Source of the DNA: Eledone cirrhosa
Lineage: Eukaryota
DNA length: 64,000 bases
Assembly (NCBI GenBank): GCA_964016885.1
Contig: OZ024743.1
Coordinates: forward strand, 46,314,001 to 46,378,000
Direction: 5' to 3'
A program made the translations under genes and the position numbers. Below, piece by piece: positions 12,269 through 24,497 of the stretch (within the stretch, counting starts at the first letter, position 1; the number at the start of each line of letters is the position of its first letter). The notes beneath the pieces were generated by a model. The model was not told where the DNA came from and made no database searches. It saw only the letters and a list, made by a program, of their open reading frames with translations.

Positions 12269-15239
12269 TATATATATATATATATATCGAATGTAGAAAA
12301 GTAACGCACGAGTTGATATATATAAAAACAAATAGTAGAAAGAAAAAAGATTTTTTCAGTAGAAAATGCTAAAGAGATCCTTTCAGTGTAATATCAAAAC
12401 ATTTATTTGTTTATATATATTTATAAAGAGGATATTTCCGCATTTAATAATGGTACCGGTTTCAACATTATATGCATTGTCAACTGCGGATATGCATAAT
12501 ATGGTTAAGTTCCATATTTATACAAATAATTGTTTCTACTTTTGGCACAATGCCAGCAATTACCCAGTACATTACTGGTACTTTATTTCTTTATTTTATC
12601 GACCCCGTAAGGATGAAAGGCAAAGTTAACCTCAGCAAGATTTGAACTCAGATCATAAAGGGCCGTAACTCTATGCTTCAAAGCATGGCGTCTGACCCTC
12701 TACCGAATAATAATAAAAAGTGGAAAAAAATTATTAATTTTTACATAAATATTTTGAAAGGAGAGTTCATATCTCTGTACGTGTTTGTCCTTCTTTCTCT
12801 ATTAGTAGGCTATATACAGTTTACGAGTGTCACCAAATTTACTTCAGCGAGCTCCGGCCACAACTATATGTATGCATGCGCGTTGGGGTGTATGCGTGTA
12901 GGTGTGGAGAAAATGTTGAAAATTGTTAAATGAAGTTTGAACTACTCTACCAAAACTGTTCATTGAGACGATAGCAGTAGAAAGATTGTAATTTCTCTCA
13001 TTGAAACTTTTCTGTAAATCTCTTTTAATGTAAACATTTCTCATGGCCTAATGAAACTAAATATTGAAAAATAATGTTCTTCTATAGATTTTGGATTATG
13101 CTCTGCTGTATGTGACAGCTTAGATCAATGAAACATGACTTGGCAGACGAGGCCAGGATATAGAAACTCGGTCTTCGGCAAGGTAGAAAATCTTTTTTAA
13201 AACAATCCTGGAAAAATAAAAATAATATATAGACTTGATTAAATTGACAAAAATAATAAAAATTTAAAAGTTTGTAACTAGAAAATTATCAAATTTCATT
13301 TTATATATATTTCGTTTTCATGTTTTATTCTTATTTAGTAAGATTAGAGCGATGTTGGCAGTATGGCCTTGGGTTTCAGTATGTTAGCAGTATGGCCTTG
13401 GGTTCCAGTATGTTGTTACGGTCTTCTATGTTCTGGTTTCAAATCCTGCCAACGTCAACTTTGCCTTTCATCCTTCCGGGATCAATAAAATCAATACCAG
13501 TCACGTATTAGGTCGATTTCATCGATTTCCTCCTTGTTCCAAATTGCTGTCTCCCGCCGAGGTTAGCTTTGCCTTTCATCCTTACGGGGGTCGATAAAAT
13601 AAAGTACCAGTAATGCACAGGGGTCGATTTAATCGACTATCCCCTCCCCAAAAATTGTTGGCCTTGTGCCTAAATCAGAAACCATTATTATTTTGCAAGA
13701 TTGCGGTGGATTGGCAGTATCGGTAGAAGGTCAGACGCCATGCTTTGACGCATAGAGTTAGCTATTTTATCGTTGTTCTTCCATGGTCTTGACGGACAGA
13801 ATGCCGAGTACGTTACTCTGGTGAAAAAGATGTGCTGAAAGAGTAATCGAACTGGCGAGGCTAGTTCCTGCAGATGGCCATCTCCATCGATATTTACATG
13901 ACATAAACAATTTCCTAAATAGAAATTATATATTCTCAACTCAAGAATGAAACCTGCTGATAATTAATTGTTTCTACTTTTGGTACAAGGCCAGCAATTA
14001 TCCCAGTGTGTTACTGGAACTTTATTTTATCGACCCCTTAAGGATGAAAGGCAAAGTTAACCTCGACGGGATAATTAATGAAGAGCAATTATTTTTAATC
14101 TCACTGATAGTAGTTGTGTGGCTTAGTGGTTAGACTGTTCGGCTCTCAGTTGTAAAGTCATTAGTTCTATTCTAGGCAATATATTGAGTCCTTGAGCATG
14201 ACACATTTTAGGTCATGAATTCTATTCTAGGCAATGTATTGAGTCCTTTAGCATGACACTATATTTAAGGATACACCAGTCCACTCAGATGGGAAAAATT
14301 GGTTGTATCTGTAATTCAAAGTGTTGGCTTGTCACAGAGTGTATCACAGCTTAATCTCCCTGAGATTTACATTATGGATACACGTGTTTGTGGGATGCTC
14401 AGCCCCGTGTACGTTAATTTCCCAAGCAGATTATTCTGTCGATGAACAACTCAAAAACTCGTCGTCAAAACCGACGAAGGTCTAACACTGAATTCTGATT
14501 ATTTCTGTTCATTTTCTTTCCACTGACTGACTATAATCTCTCCTACTTGAGCTCCAGTCCTCAAGAAATAAATTCGAAGTATCATCGTAAGAAGCGCCAT
14601 TAGCTGAAAAGCTCCATGTTTCCAACATTGATTAATTGCACAATAATAATATAATTTGTCTCCCTACTCCTACGCTTCATTCAAATACCTGATAATAGAA
14701 TTTTAATTCAATATTTGTCAATTTCGAAAAGGAGTCGAATGTGTGTGATTTCTAGCAGGAAATTGGTGGCGTCAACAAGGTGCCTGCAAACTTGGTTGCT
14801 ATTTCAATGGAAGATATATCGACTACTTTATAACAGTTCAAGATAAATTGTTACAAGCTGGAAATAATATGTGAAAATCGTCCCTCGAGGAAGGACAATT
14901 GAGTGTAAATTGCCAAGAGTGATGTTGTGTGATGACAGTTAAAATATATTCTAGATTTACAACCTATGGAACATAGTCCGAATGATTTGAAAAGATCGAT
15001 TAGTATTGGAATTATATATTTGTTTGTGGCGACAATTATTATATATGAAAATTCAAATGCCAATCACACATACACGCACGTACACACACACACACACACA
15101 CGTGCGCACACACGCACACATGAACAAAGGCACGCAGGCATACACAGAGGCACACACATAACACATACACAGGCGTATATACACGCACATACAGTGGCAT
15201 ACACACACACATACACACCCACAACACACAGATACAGTG

Positions 15240-15740
15240 TTGGTGGTGGTGGTGGTGGTGGTGGTGGAGGCGGCGGCGGCAGCGGCGGCGGTGGTGGTGG
15301 TGGTGCTGGTAGTGCTGGTGTTGATGGTAGTGGTGGTGCTAGTGGTGGTGGTGGTGCTGCTGCTGCTGCTGGTGATGGTGGTGGTGCTGCTGCTGGTGGT
15401 TCTGCTGCTGGCGGTGCTGGTGCTGCTGCTGGTGGTGGTGGTGGTGCTGGTAGTGGTGTTGCTGGTGGTGGTGGTGGTTGTAGTGGTGGTGGTGGTGGTG
15501 CTGGCGGTGGTGGTGGTGGTGGTGCTGCTGCTGCTGCTGCTGCTGCTGGTAGAGCTGGTACTGGTGGTGGTGGTGGTGGTGCTGCTGCTGCTGCTGCTGC
15601 TAGTGGTGGTGGTGGTGGTGGTGGTGGTAGGGGTGGTGCTGCTGGTGGTGCTGGTGGAGGCGGTGCTGCTGGTGCTGGTGGTGCTGGCGGTGGTGGTGGT
15701 GATGGTGGTGGCTGGTGTTGTAGTTGCTGCTGCTGCTGTT
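15240..15740. repeat. Compound (GGT/GCT/GGC)n trinucleotide tract
   Basis: About 500 bp of in-phase trinucleotides, preceded by a degenerate (CA)n tract. Confidence 0.9.
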
Positions 15741-15963
15741 TAATCCCAGATCCGAGTCAATCGAACAGATCAATGACTGAAAGCTTTCTCTATTACCTTT
15801 GGAGTGTTAGACAAATACTTTGCAGTATTTAGTTATGGTTCTTTATGTTCCGAGTTCAAATCCTGCTTGCGTTACATCCTTTCGGGGTTAATAAAATAAA
15901 CGTACTGGGGTTGGTATTATCGACTTTCTCATCCCCTCAAAAAATTGTGTGCGTGTGAGTGTG

Positions 15964-16040
<77 letters not shown>

Positions 16041-16119
16041 ATGCGCGTGTGTGCGTGCGTGTGTGTGTGTTTATTTGTTTGTCCCTAAAGTAAGGATACT
16101 GATGTGTTATTTAAATGTA

Positions 16120-16522
16120 GGCACATGGCTTAGTGCTTAGAGCATTGGGCTTGCAATCGAAAGGTTGTGAGTTCAATTCTCGGACCGGGTGATGTGTTGT
16201 TTCCTTGAGCAAGACACTTTATTTCACATATCTCCAGTTTACTCAGCTGTAGAAATGAGATGATAGGACTGGGGTCTCTATCATTCCATTGTAAAGTGGT
16301 CGTGGAGGTGCCACGGCAAAAAAGCACCCAGCCCACACTGTAAATGAGGTTGGTGTTAGGGAGGGCATCCAGCTGTAGAAATCAAGCCAGAATCAGTTCC
16401 CATATGAGCAAGACAAGGTCAGCCGACTGGACACTGCCCACAACAGGACAACCCGTCTAACCCATGCTAACGTGGAAGAACAGACGTAAAATGGTGATGA
16501 TGATGATGATGATGATGATGAT
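16120..16522 (+). mobile_element. Second tRNA-derived SINE family with RTE-like 3' part and (GAT)n tail
   Basis: tRNA-like head (GGCTTAGTG..TAGAGC, GAGTTCAATTCTC), TCCTTGAGCAAGACACTT block, GGGCATCCAGCTGTAGAAA and a (GAT)n tail. Reverse copy at ~49160-49540. Confidence 0.7.
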
Positions 16523-16829
16523 TAGACTTACATAAAATTACAAGTTATCTCCTTCACACTACGACTCTTGGGAAGTAAGCCAGTGGTTCCAACGTTTTCT
16601 TCTATTAATCTTAGCAGTACCGGAAGTCATTTTCTATGAGTGTCCTCAGCTTGTCAGTTACAATTTTTTGTATATTTTCCACTGGCCTAAAATAATTGTT
16701 TCTACTTTTGGCACAAGGCCAGCAATTATCCTCGGCGGAATTTGAACTCAGATCATAAATGGCAGTAACTCTATGCTGCAAAGCATGGTGTCTGACGCTC
16801 TATCAATACTACCAATCCACCACCCTCAG

Positions 16830-18060
16830 TCCTAAAATAATGACCCTTCAACTTTGATCTCAACTTAGTGAAGAGCTAAATCTGGGCTGTGGGAAGGATG
16901 TAGAAGAGTAGGAATGTTTTTCTTCGCCAGAAATTCTCTAATTGAAAGTGCTGTGTGGGCAGGCGCGTTATCGAGGTGCAGTACCCAATATCCTACAATG
17001 TCCTTTCGGACTTGCTGAACCCGTTTTTGAAGTCGGACAAGACATCTTTGTAGAAGATGCGATTAGCTCACTGTCTTTGAGGTAAAACTTTTTTATGAAC
17101 AATACCACAACTATCGAAAAAAGGGATAATCATCGTTTTTACCGTGGATCGGCTCGTGCCTGTTTTGTTCGGACGAGAGAATTTTTCATGTATTGCTCCT
17201 CACTTTGCTATTTTGTCTTGGGGTCGTCCTCAGACACTCATGATTCGTTTCCTGTTATTAATTTATTTAAAAAATTTGACTCAATTTTTAGTCTTTCTAA
17301 CAAATTCTGACAGATTTCCAACCGGTCGGCTTTTTGCTTCACAGACCAATGTTAGGGCATTGGATTGGCAGTATCGGTAGAAGGTCGGACGCCATGCTTT
17401 GATGCCTAGAGTTACGGCCCTTGCCATTCTGAGTTCAAATCTCGCCGAGTTTAACTTTGCCTTTTATCCTTACAGGGTCGATAAAATAAAATACCAGTAA
17501 TGCACTGAGTAATTGCTGGCCTTGTACCAAAAATAGAAACAATTATTTTAGCACAAATTTTTCACGTGTGCAAATGGTCTGTTAAAATTCTGTGAACTGC
17601 GTTTTTATCCAAACCCGTTTCTTCTGCAATCATCCTAACACTTAATCAGCGATCTTTCGCCATCACCACTCTCACCACTTCCACCACTTCCACATTTTGT
17701 TCATTTGTTGTCAAGTTTGTCCTTCCAGAACGAAATTTGTCTCCAACATTTTCTCAGCCATCTTTGAAGGTTTTCTGCCATTGAAAAACTGTTACTTCTC
17801 GATAGAGTGGCATCTCCATAAGCTTGTATTAAAGAATTGAATGTTGAATTGAATGTGGCAGATTTGTTGAGTTTCACACAGAATTTGATCGCGTACCATT
17901 GTTAGATATTTTCCTGCATCGCAAAAGTAACAGAGGTTATAAACACGTGTGTATATAAACAGCAATAACTCGCGACTGGTTCAATCGATCAGGTTGAAAC
18001 AAGTGTGTACGAGCAGAGATTGAAAGAGCACTGAAAGAAATAATGCTTGACGTACAACAC
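16830..18060 (-). mobile_element. Decayed mariner transposase, interrupted by a SINE at 17361-17545
   Basis: The minus strand gives QWYAIKFCVKL (N-terminal HTH, ~17900), LHLDNAPAH (~16970) and HSPDLAL (~16880), matching the mariner HDNA and YSPDLAP motifs. Confidence 0.75.
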
Positions 18061-18408
18061 ATCGCCAAATACACTGGGGTTGAGATAATCGACTTTCCTC
18101 TCCCCCAAAATTGCTGGCCTTGTGCCTATATAAGAAACCATTATTGCACTTCGTTTCTTTTCCCTTCTTAATCATTTCTTCACTCTTTATCCAATGTCCT
18201 GATTGGTTCACATGATTTGTTTCTGTTTTAGGTCTTCTTTTTCTTTGTTTTTACAATTTCATGTTGTTCCGTTCTTCATTTTGTTTGCTGTTTTTGTTTT
18301 TTTGTTTTTGCTTTTTTGATTTGTTTTGTGTTTACCATTTTATTTTTCAAGATAGTTCTTATACTTCTGGTTCTATTGTTGTTGTTGTGGTGGTGCTGCT
18401 GCTACTGC

Positions 18409-18451
<43 letters not shown>

Positions 18452-18884
18452 AATGTATCTCATCGTCTTCATATTGCTATCGTCGTCATCGTCGTTATTC
18501 TTTTATCTCTTCGTATTATTGCTTTATTCTTTGAGCTAATATCAGGGGCAGTGGAAGCATTTCTGAATTGGCCAAAATTTTGTCAATTTAGTTGTAGTGA
18601 TTAGTTTAGTTCTTTACACTCTAAAATGGTAAAAAAACTTCGATATGAGATAAATATAAGATATACATAAATTGTAGCGCATATCCAAATAGATGTGTGT
18701 TTTGGTAGTTTAGGGAGAAAATATAATTATGTGGGACACGCCCCCACCTCCACCGCCACTGTATATATATATATATATATAATTTTTAAAAGATAGACTC
18801 TGTATCCGATCCTAAGGGGTTAATATATTGAGCTTATTCGCATTTGGTAAGAAACTGATATTATACCCAATTTCTTCACCCCTA

Positions 18885-18927
<43 letters not shown>

Positions 18928-18995
18928 GACGTAAAATAAGAAAATATTTTTTTAAAAAAAATTAAAAAAAAAATTTTTTTCTTACTTAAATTTTC

Positions 18996-19077
18996 ACTCC
19001 AACTAATTAGTTTCTGCAATGGGATAAAGACAGTTACGTAATCCAACTGTCGAGAATTCATTGCGTCATCAGGAAGT
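18996..19077 (-). ncRNA. Type-I hammerhead ribozyme, copy 1
   Basis: ACUUC-CUGAUGA-C GCAAUG..GACAGUU..AACUGUC..CAUUGC A-GAAA-CUAAUUAG-UU^GGAGU. Stems I, II and III all pair; stem III is palindromic; cleavage triplet GUU. Confidence 0.8.
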
Positions 19078-19517
19078 CTATTCTCAGTTAAGTCTCCAGG
19101 CAATGCGCGGACACTGGCGGCTCATATAAAAATAATAATAATTCGGTAGATCGAACAGCTTGCGAGGACTGGATTCTATGTACCGAAATTCTCACTGCTT
19201 CAAGTCAAATGGCCGATTCTAAAGAATCAATCACGTGACACAGAGGCTAGTTAGAAGGAATGGGATGGTAAGATGACTGACGCCTACTAACACCCCAAAA
19301 AAAATTTTTCTAGAAGTGGTTTTGACAAGTTTGCTCGACAAATCAGTGATTTGGAGATAAATATAGATAATTTAATATATCAACTAACATAAGCGCACAG
19401 ATGCACGCCCATGCCAGCAAATACACAGGTTATGTCATAGTACCTAGGTGGTTCAATGCAGGAGAATGCAGAACAATAATATAAAGGACGTAAAATAAGA
19501 AAATATTTTTTTAAAAA

Positions 19518-19548
<31 letters not shown>

Positions 19549-19570
19549 TGTTTTTCTTACTTAAATTTTC

Positions 19571-19652
19571 ACTCCAACTAATTAGTTTCTGCAATGGGAT
19601 AAAGACAGTTACGTAATCCAACTGTCGAGAATTCATTGCGTCATCAGGAAGT
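19571..19652 (-). ncRNA. Type-I hammerhead ribozyme, copy 2
   Basis: Same sequence as copy 1. Confidence 0.8.
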
Positions 19653-20129
19653 CTATTCTCAGTTAAGTCTCCAGGCAATGCGCGGACACTGGCGGCTCAT
19701 ATAAAAATAATAATAATTCGGTAGATCGAACAGCTTGCGAGGACTGGATTCTATGTACCGAAATTCTCACTGCTTCAAGTCAAATGGCCGATTCTAAAGA
19801 ATCAATCACGTGACACAGAGGCTAGTTAGAAGGAATGGGATGGTAAGATGACTGACGCCTACTAACACCCCAAAAAAAATTTTTCTAGAAGTGGTTTTGA
19901 CAAGTTTGCTCGACAAATCAGTGATTTGGAGATAAATATAGATAATTTAATATATCAACTAACATAAGCGCACAGATGCACGCCCATGCCAGCAAATACA
20001 CAGGTTATGTCATAGTACCTAGGTGGTTCAATGCAGGAGAATGCAGAACAATAATATAAAGGACGTAAAATAAGAAAATATTTTTTTAAAAAAAATTTAA
20101 AAAAAAATTTTTTTCTTACTTAAATTTTC

Positions 20130-20206
20130 ACTCCAACTAATTAGTTTCTGCAATGGGATAAAGACAGTTACGTAATCCAACTGTCGAGAATTCATTGCGT
20201 CATCAG
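20130..20206 (-). ncRNA. Hammerhead copy 3, 5' strand of stem I replaced at the inversion junction
   Basis: Core is intact, but CUGAUGA is preceded by GUUU from the inverted arm instead of ACUUC. Confidence 0.65.
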
Positions 20207-20414
20207 AAACTAATTAGTTGGAGTGAAAATTTAAGTAAGAAAAAAATTTTTTTTTTTTTAATTTTTTTTAAAAAAATATTTTCTTATTTTACGTCCTTTA
20301 TATTATTGTTCTGCATTCTCCTGCATTGAACCACCTAGGTACTATGACATAACCTGTGTATTTGCTGGCATGGGCGTGCATCTGTGCGCTTATGTTAGTT
20401 GATATATTAAATTA

Positions 20415-20474
<60 letters not shown>

Positions 20475-20476
<2 letters not shown>

Positions 20477-20620
20477 TTTATTTGGCTATTGGTGAAATTT
20501 GTTACTCTAAAATTTCACCTGTACACTCACAGGAACACCAGTCTTGTCTGATGATCCTGTGAGTACCCAGGTGAGACTCCAGAATAACAAGGCTCATCAC
20601 TTAGCCATAATAAATAAATA
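20475..20620. mobile_element. Decayed palindrome with back-to-back hammerhead motifs followed by AATAAA
   Basis: Plus strand 20543-20591: CTTGT-CTGATGA-T CCTG..CAGG T-GAGA-CTCCAGAA-TA-ACAAG. The minus arm gives CTGGTGT..GAAA-TTTTAGAG-TA-ACAA. Confidence 0.6.
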
Positions 20621-21879
20621 TTTAAACTCTACTTCGGTATTGACTTTGGGACCCGAGAGTAACACCTAACTCTCCTCCTTTCTATATCTATCACAAAAAA
20701 ACTCTCTTTTAATCCCCCTCTCTGTATCTACTAAAATCTATCACGACATCGACTCTCTTATACCCCTCTCTATATCTAACACTAATATACTCATCCCTCT
20801 CTATAAATACCTACACTTATCTCTCCCAATCCCCCTCTCTATATCAATCACCCCTAAATCTCCCCCCCCCCCTCTCTATTTCTACTACACGGCACTCTCT
20901 CATTATCTCTCTCTCTATATCTACAACCACCAAATTCTCCCCCTCTCTATATCTAACATACAAAACACATTTTAATGTCCCTCTTCATATCGGCCAACAG
21001 CTGGTCCTCTTCTTCCGATATCACTTCGGAAGAAAGATCATGGTGGCGTGAGAGGCCCTCGGCTCCAGCTGATTTTATGGAAGGTGGGTGAAAGTGGCGA
21101 GAATGGCCCGTGTGAATGGGCCTTCTCTCTATATCAGTCTGTGAGGTAAGAGAAGAGGGGAACACCCCCTCTCTGTGCTCCCTGGCAGAAGGGTCGCACA
21201 CTTTTTCGGGGGGGGGGGGACCCAAAACGCTTCCTCCCTATTGAGGACTTGATTGTTATATTTTGATTGTTATTGTTATTTTTATATATACTCGATGTTT
21301 GTAAAACGTCCTTCACCCAATGCCCTGGTGGCAAATAAAGAAATCATATCAATCATCTCCAAACACTACCCCTCTCCATCTCTACCACACTCTCTCGTAA
21401 TCGTTCTCTCTCTAGCCTCATACAGTCCTCCGCTCTATATTTAGTGATATTTATATCTCCCAACCTCCTCATTATATCTACAAGCATTGAAATCTACACC
21501 TCTCTATATCAATAAACATCAATCTCTCCCCCTCTCTCTATCTAACATACAACTCACTCTCCCAACCTTCCTCTCTATATCAATTACCACCACACTCTCT
21601 CCCTCTCTATATCTATCTCTCCCTTCTGTCTCTATATAACATGTACATAAATTGTAGCGTATAAACAAATAGATGTGTTTTTTGGTAGTTTGGGGAGGAA
21701 AATATAATGATGGGGGGGCACCTCTGTCGTCGTCGCCCACCCCCACTCCCCCGTTCCACCGCATCTGTGTATATATATTTGTGTATGATATGAATATATA
21801 TACTCTCCTTACTATCCTTGGTTTCAAGTTTCTGCTTGCTCCCATTTTCTCATTGTATTTGTATATAAACAAGTACATA

Positions 21880-22345
21880 GATAGGAGAAAGGGAGAGCAA
21901 GGAGAAAAGAAGAGCAATGAGAGCAATGAGACAAGCAGACAAGGAGAGCAATGAGAAAAGGAGAGCAAAGAGAGCAATGAGAAAAGGAGAGCAAGGAGAG
22001 CAAGGAGAAAAGGAGAGCAAGGAGAAAAGGAGAAAAGGAGAGCAAGGAGAGCAATGAGAAAAGGGGAGCAAGGAGAGCAAGGAGAAAGGGAGAGCAAGGA
22101 GAGCAATGATAAAAGCAGAGCAAGGAGAGCAATGAGAAAAGGGGAGCAAGGAGAGCAATGAGAAAAGGAGAGCAAGAAGAACAATGAGAAAAGGAGAGCA
22201 AGGAGAAAAGGTGATCAAGGAAAGCAATGAGAAGGGGGGGGGGCAAACAGAGCAATGAGAAAAGGAGAGCAAGGAGAGCAATAAGAAAAGGGGAGCAAGG
22301 AGAGCAATGAGGAAAGGAGAGCAAGGAGAGCAAGGAGAGCAAGGA
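21880..22345. repeat. Purine-rich 9-20 bp minisatellite (AAGGAGAGC / AATGAGAA)
   Basis: Directly visible tandem units. Confidence 0.9.
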
Positions 22346-23084
22346 TAGCAGAGAGGAGCATATATACAGAGAGGAGCATATATACGTATATCAGTATGTG
22401 GTTATATATACATTGTATATATAACCACATACTGATATATACATTCTATATATACAATGTATATATAACCACATATAACAATGTTCAGTGTTCAGTGTTC
22501 ACATTATGTTTTTGATTCTATAGAAATTATTGTTGTAAATAAAAATGCATTTCTCTTATAGAAGTTGTGCGCTTTATTAAGAAAACCTAATATTTCTTAA
22601 GTTTTTCATGTTATTTCAGGAATTTTTCAAATTAACTATTGGTAAATTTGATTTAGAATGTTTTTAAATATTTGCTGGAGTTCCTGTATGTGTCCACATA
22701 AATTTCTCTAAGAAGAAAAAATAAAATGGTCAAGATAAGGAACCGTATACCGCTTTTGAACATAATTAGTGGTTGCGTATACTATGTTCCAACTTCAAGG
22801 CGTTTGAGGGTCGCCTAATCCGATTGAACTGAAACTTTGCACACCCCGTTGTTTTGTTGATTGGAACAGGATTAGGGGTGAGAGCAGCAAAATTTAACTT
22901 TCGGAAAATTACCTGTTGCTAAGGGCCACCCTAATATATATATATATATATATCGAGAGATAGGAAAAGTGGGGGGAATGCTTATATAGTTTGCTTATTG
23001 TCCTCTTGCGTGTGTATAAATGTGTGTATGTGTGTGTGTATGAATTCTTACATGTATATACGTATGATTGAATGTGTACGCGGT

Positions 23085-23115
<31 letters not shown>

Positions 23116-23794
23116 ATGATATATTATCTCATCGACAACGGTTCCTTTTTGGAATGATAAATTACCTAACTTATTGTTAATGTTCATTTCATTTGGTTTC
23201 TAAGATCAATAGAACGGCCTGCTCTTGAAATTGACATTCATGAGGCTGAGTACTCCACAGACACGTGTACTCTAACTGAAATTCTTGGGGAGAGTTGACG
23301 CAACATAATAGGTGACATGGCTGACCTTTTTTACTCAGATACAGTCTATCTTGTATCTATAGTGTAACTGAGTGGTAGTGGATTGGCAGTATAGGTAAAG
23401 AGTTGGACACCATGCTTTGCAGCATAGAGTTACGTTCCTTTACGGTCTGTGTTCAAATCCCGACGAGTTAACTTTGCCTTTCATCCTTGCGGGCTCGATA
23501 AAATAAAGTACCAGTAACGAACTGGGGTCGATTTAATCAACTTTCCCCTCCCATAAAATTGCTGGCCTTGTGCCTATATAAGAAACCATTATCGTGTAAC
23601 TAACTGAACAATCTACAGACACGTGTACTTTTACCATAATTACCAGGGAGATTCAGCTTTACATAGTGTGTAACAAGGTTGGCTCTTTGAGTTAACAGAT
23701 GCAATCTATTCGACAGACTTCTGAACAGTTCCTGTTAATTCAATTCCACTTGGGTTGACCGGAAGCTAAAGTAAATGACCTTTGCCTAAGATGC

Positions 23795-24497
23795 CATACA
23801 GTAGGTTAGTTCAATACATCTGGTAAGACTACTGCTGCATTCATACAGTAGGTTAGTTCAATACATCTGGTCAATATACTACTGCATTCATACAGTAGGT
23901 TAGTTCAATACATCTGGTAAGACTACTGCTGCATTCATACAGTAGGTTAGTTCAACTCATCTGATAAGACTACTGCTGCATTCATACAGTAGGTTAGTTC
24001 AATACATCCGGTAAGACTACTGCTGCATTCATACAGTAGGTTAGTTCAACACATCTGGTCAGACTACTACTGCATTCATACAGTAGGTTAGTTCAATACA
24101 TCTGGTCAATATACTACTGCATTCATACAGTAGGTTAGTTCAATACATCTGGTCAATATACTACTGCATTCATACAGTAGGTTAGTTCAATACATCTGGT
24201 CAATATACTACTGCATTCATACAGTAGGTTGGTTCAATACATCTGGTCAATATACTATTGCATTCATACAGTAGGTTCAATACATCTGGTCAGGCTACTA
24301 CTGCATTCATACAGTAGGTTAGTTTAATACATCTGGTCAATATACTACTGCATTCATACAGTATGTTAGTTCAATACATCTGGTCAATATACTACTGCAT
24401 TCATACAGTAGGTTAGTTCAATACATCTGGTCAATATACTACTGCATTCATACAGTAGGTTAGTTCAATACATCTGGTCAATATACTACTGCATTCA
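23795..24497. repeat. 47-48 bp minisatellite, ~15 copies
   Basis: Unit CATACAGTAGGTTAGTTCAATACATCTGGTCAATATACTACTGCATT, with a variant AAGACTACTGCTGC. Confidence 0.95.

Larger units (their letters stand above)
18921..20420 (-). mobile_element. Tandem array of 559/575-bp hammerhead-containing units ending in a ~215-bp inversion; (TA)n on both sides (Penelope pLTR/retrozyme-like)
   Basis: Unit starts at 18924, 19483 and 20058 look identical apart from poly(A) length. 20204-20420 is the reverse complement of ~19937-20150. Confidence 0.85.

Noticed and set aside
14966-15832. 288-aa His/Thr- then Gly/Ala-rich ORF resembling cephalopod structural proteins (suckerin or beak type)
   Set aside because: It is built from (CA)n and (GGT/GCT)n microsatellites, is open in more than one frame, has no Tyr/Pro-punctuated modules and ends in SINE sequence.
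23795-24497. CRISPR-like periodicity
   Set aside because: Units are contiguous with no unique spacers, the context is eukaryotic and there are no cas genes.
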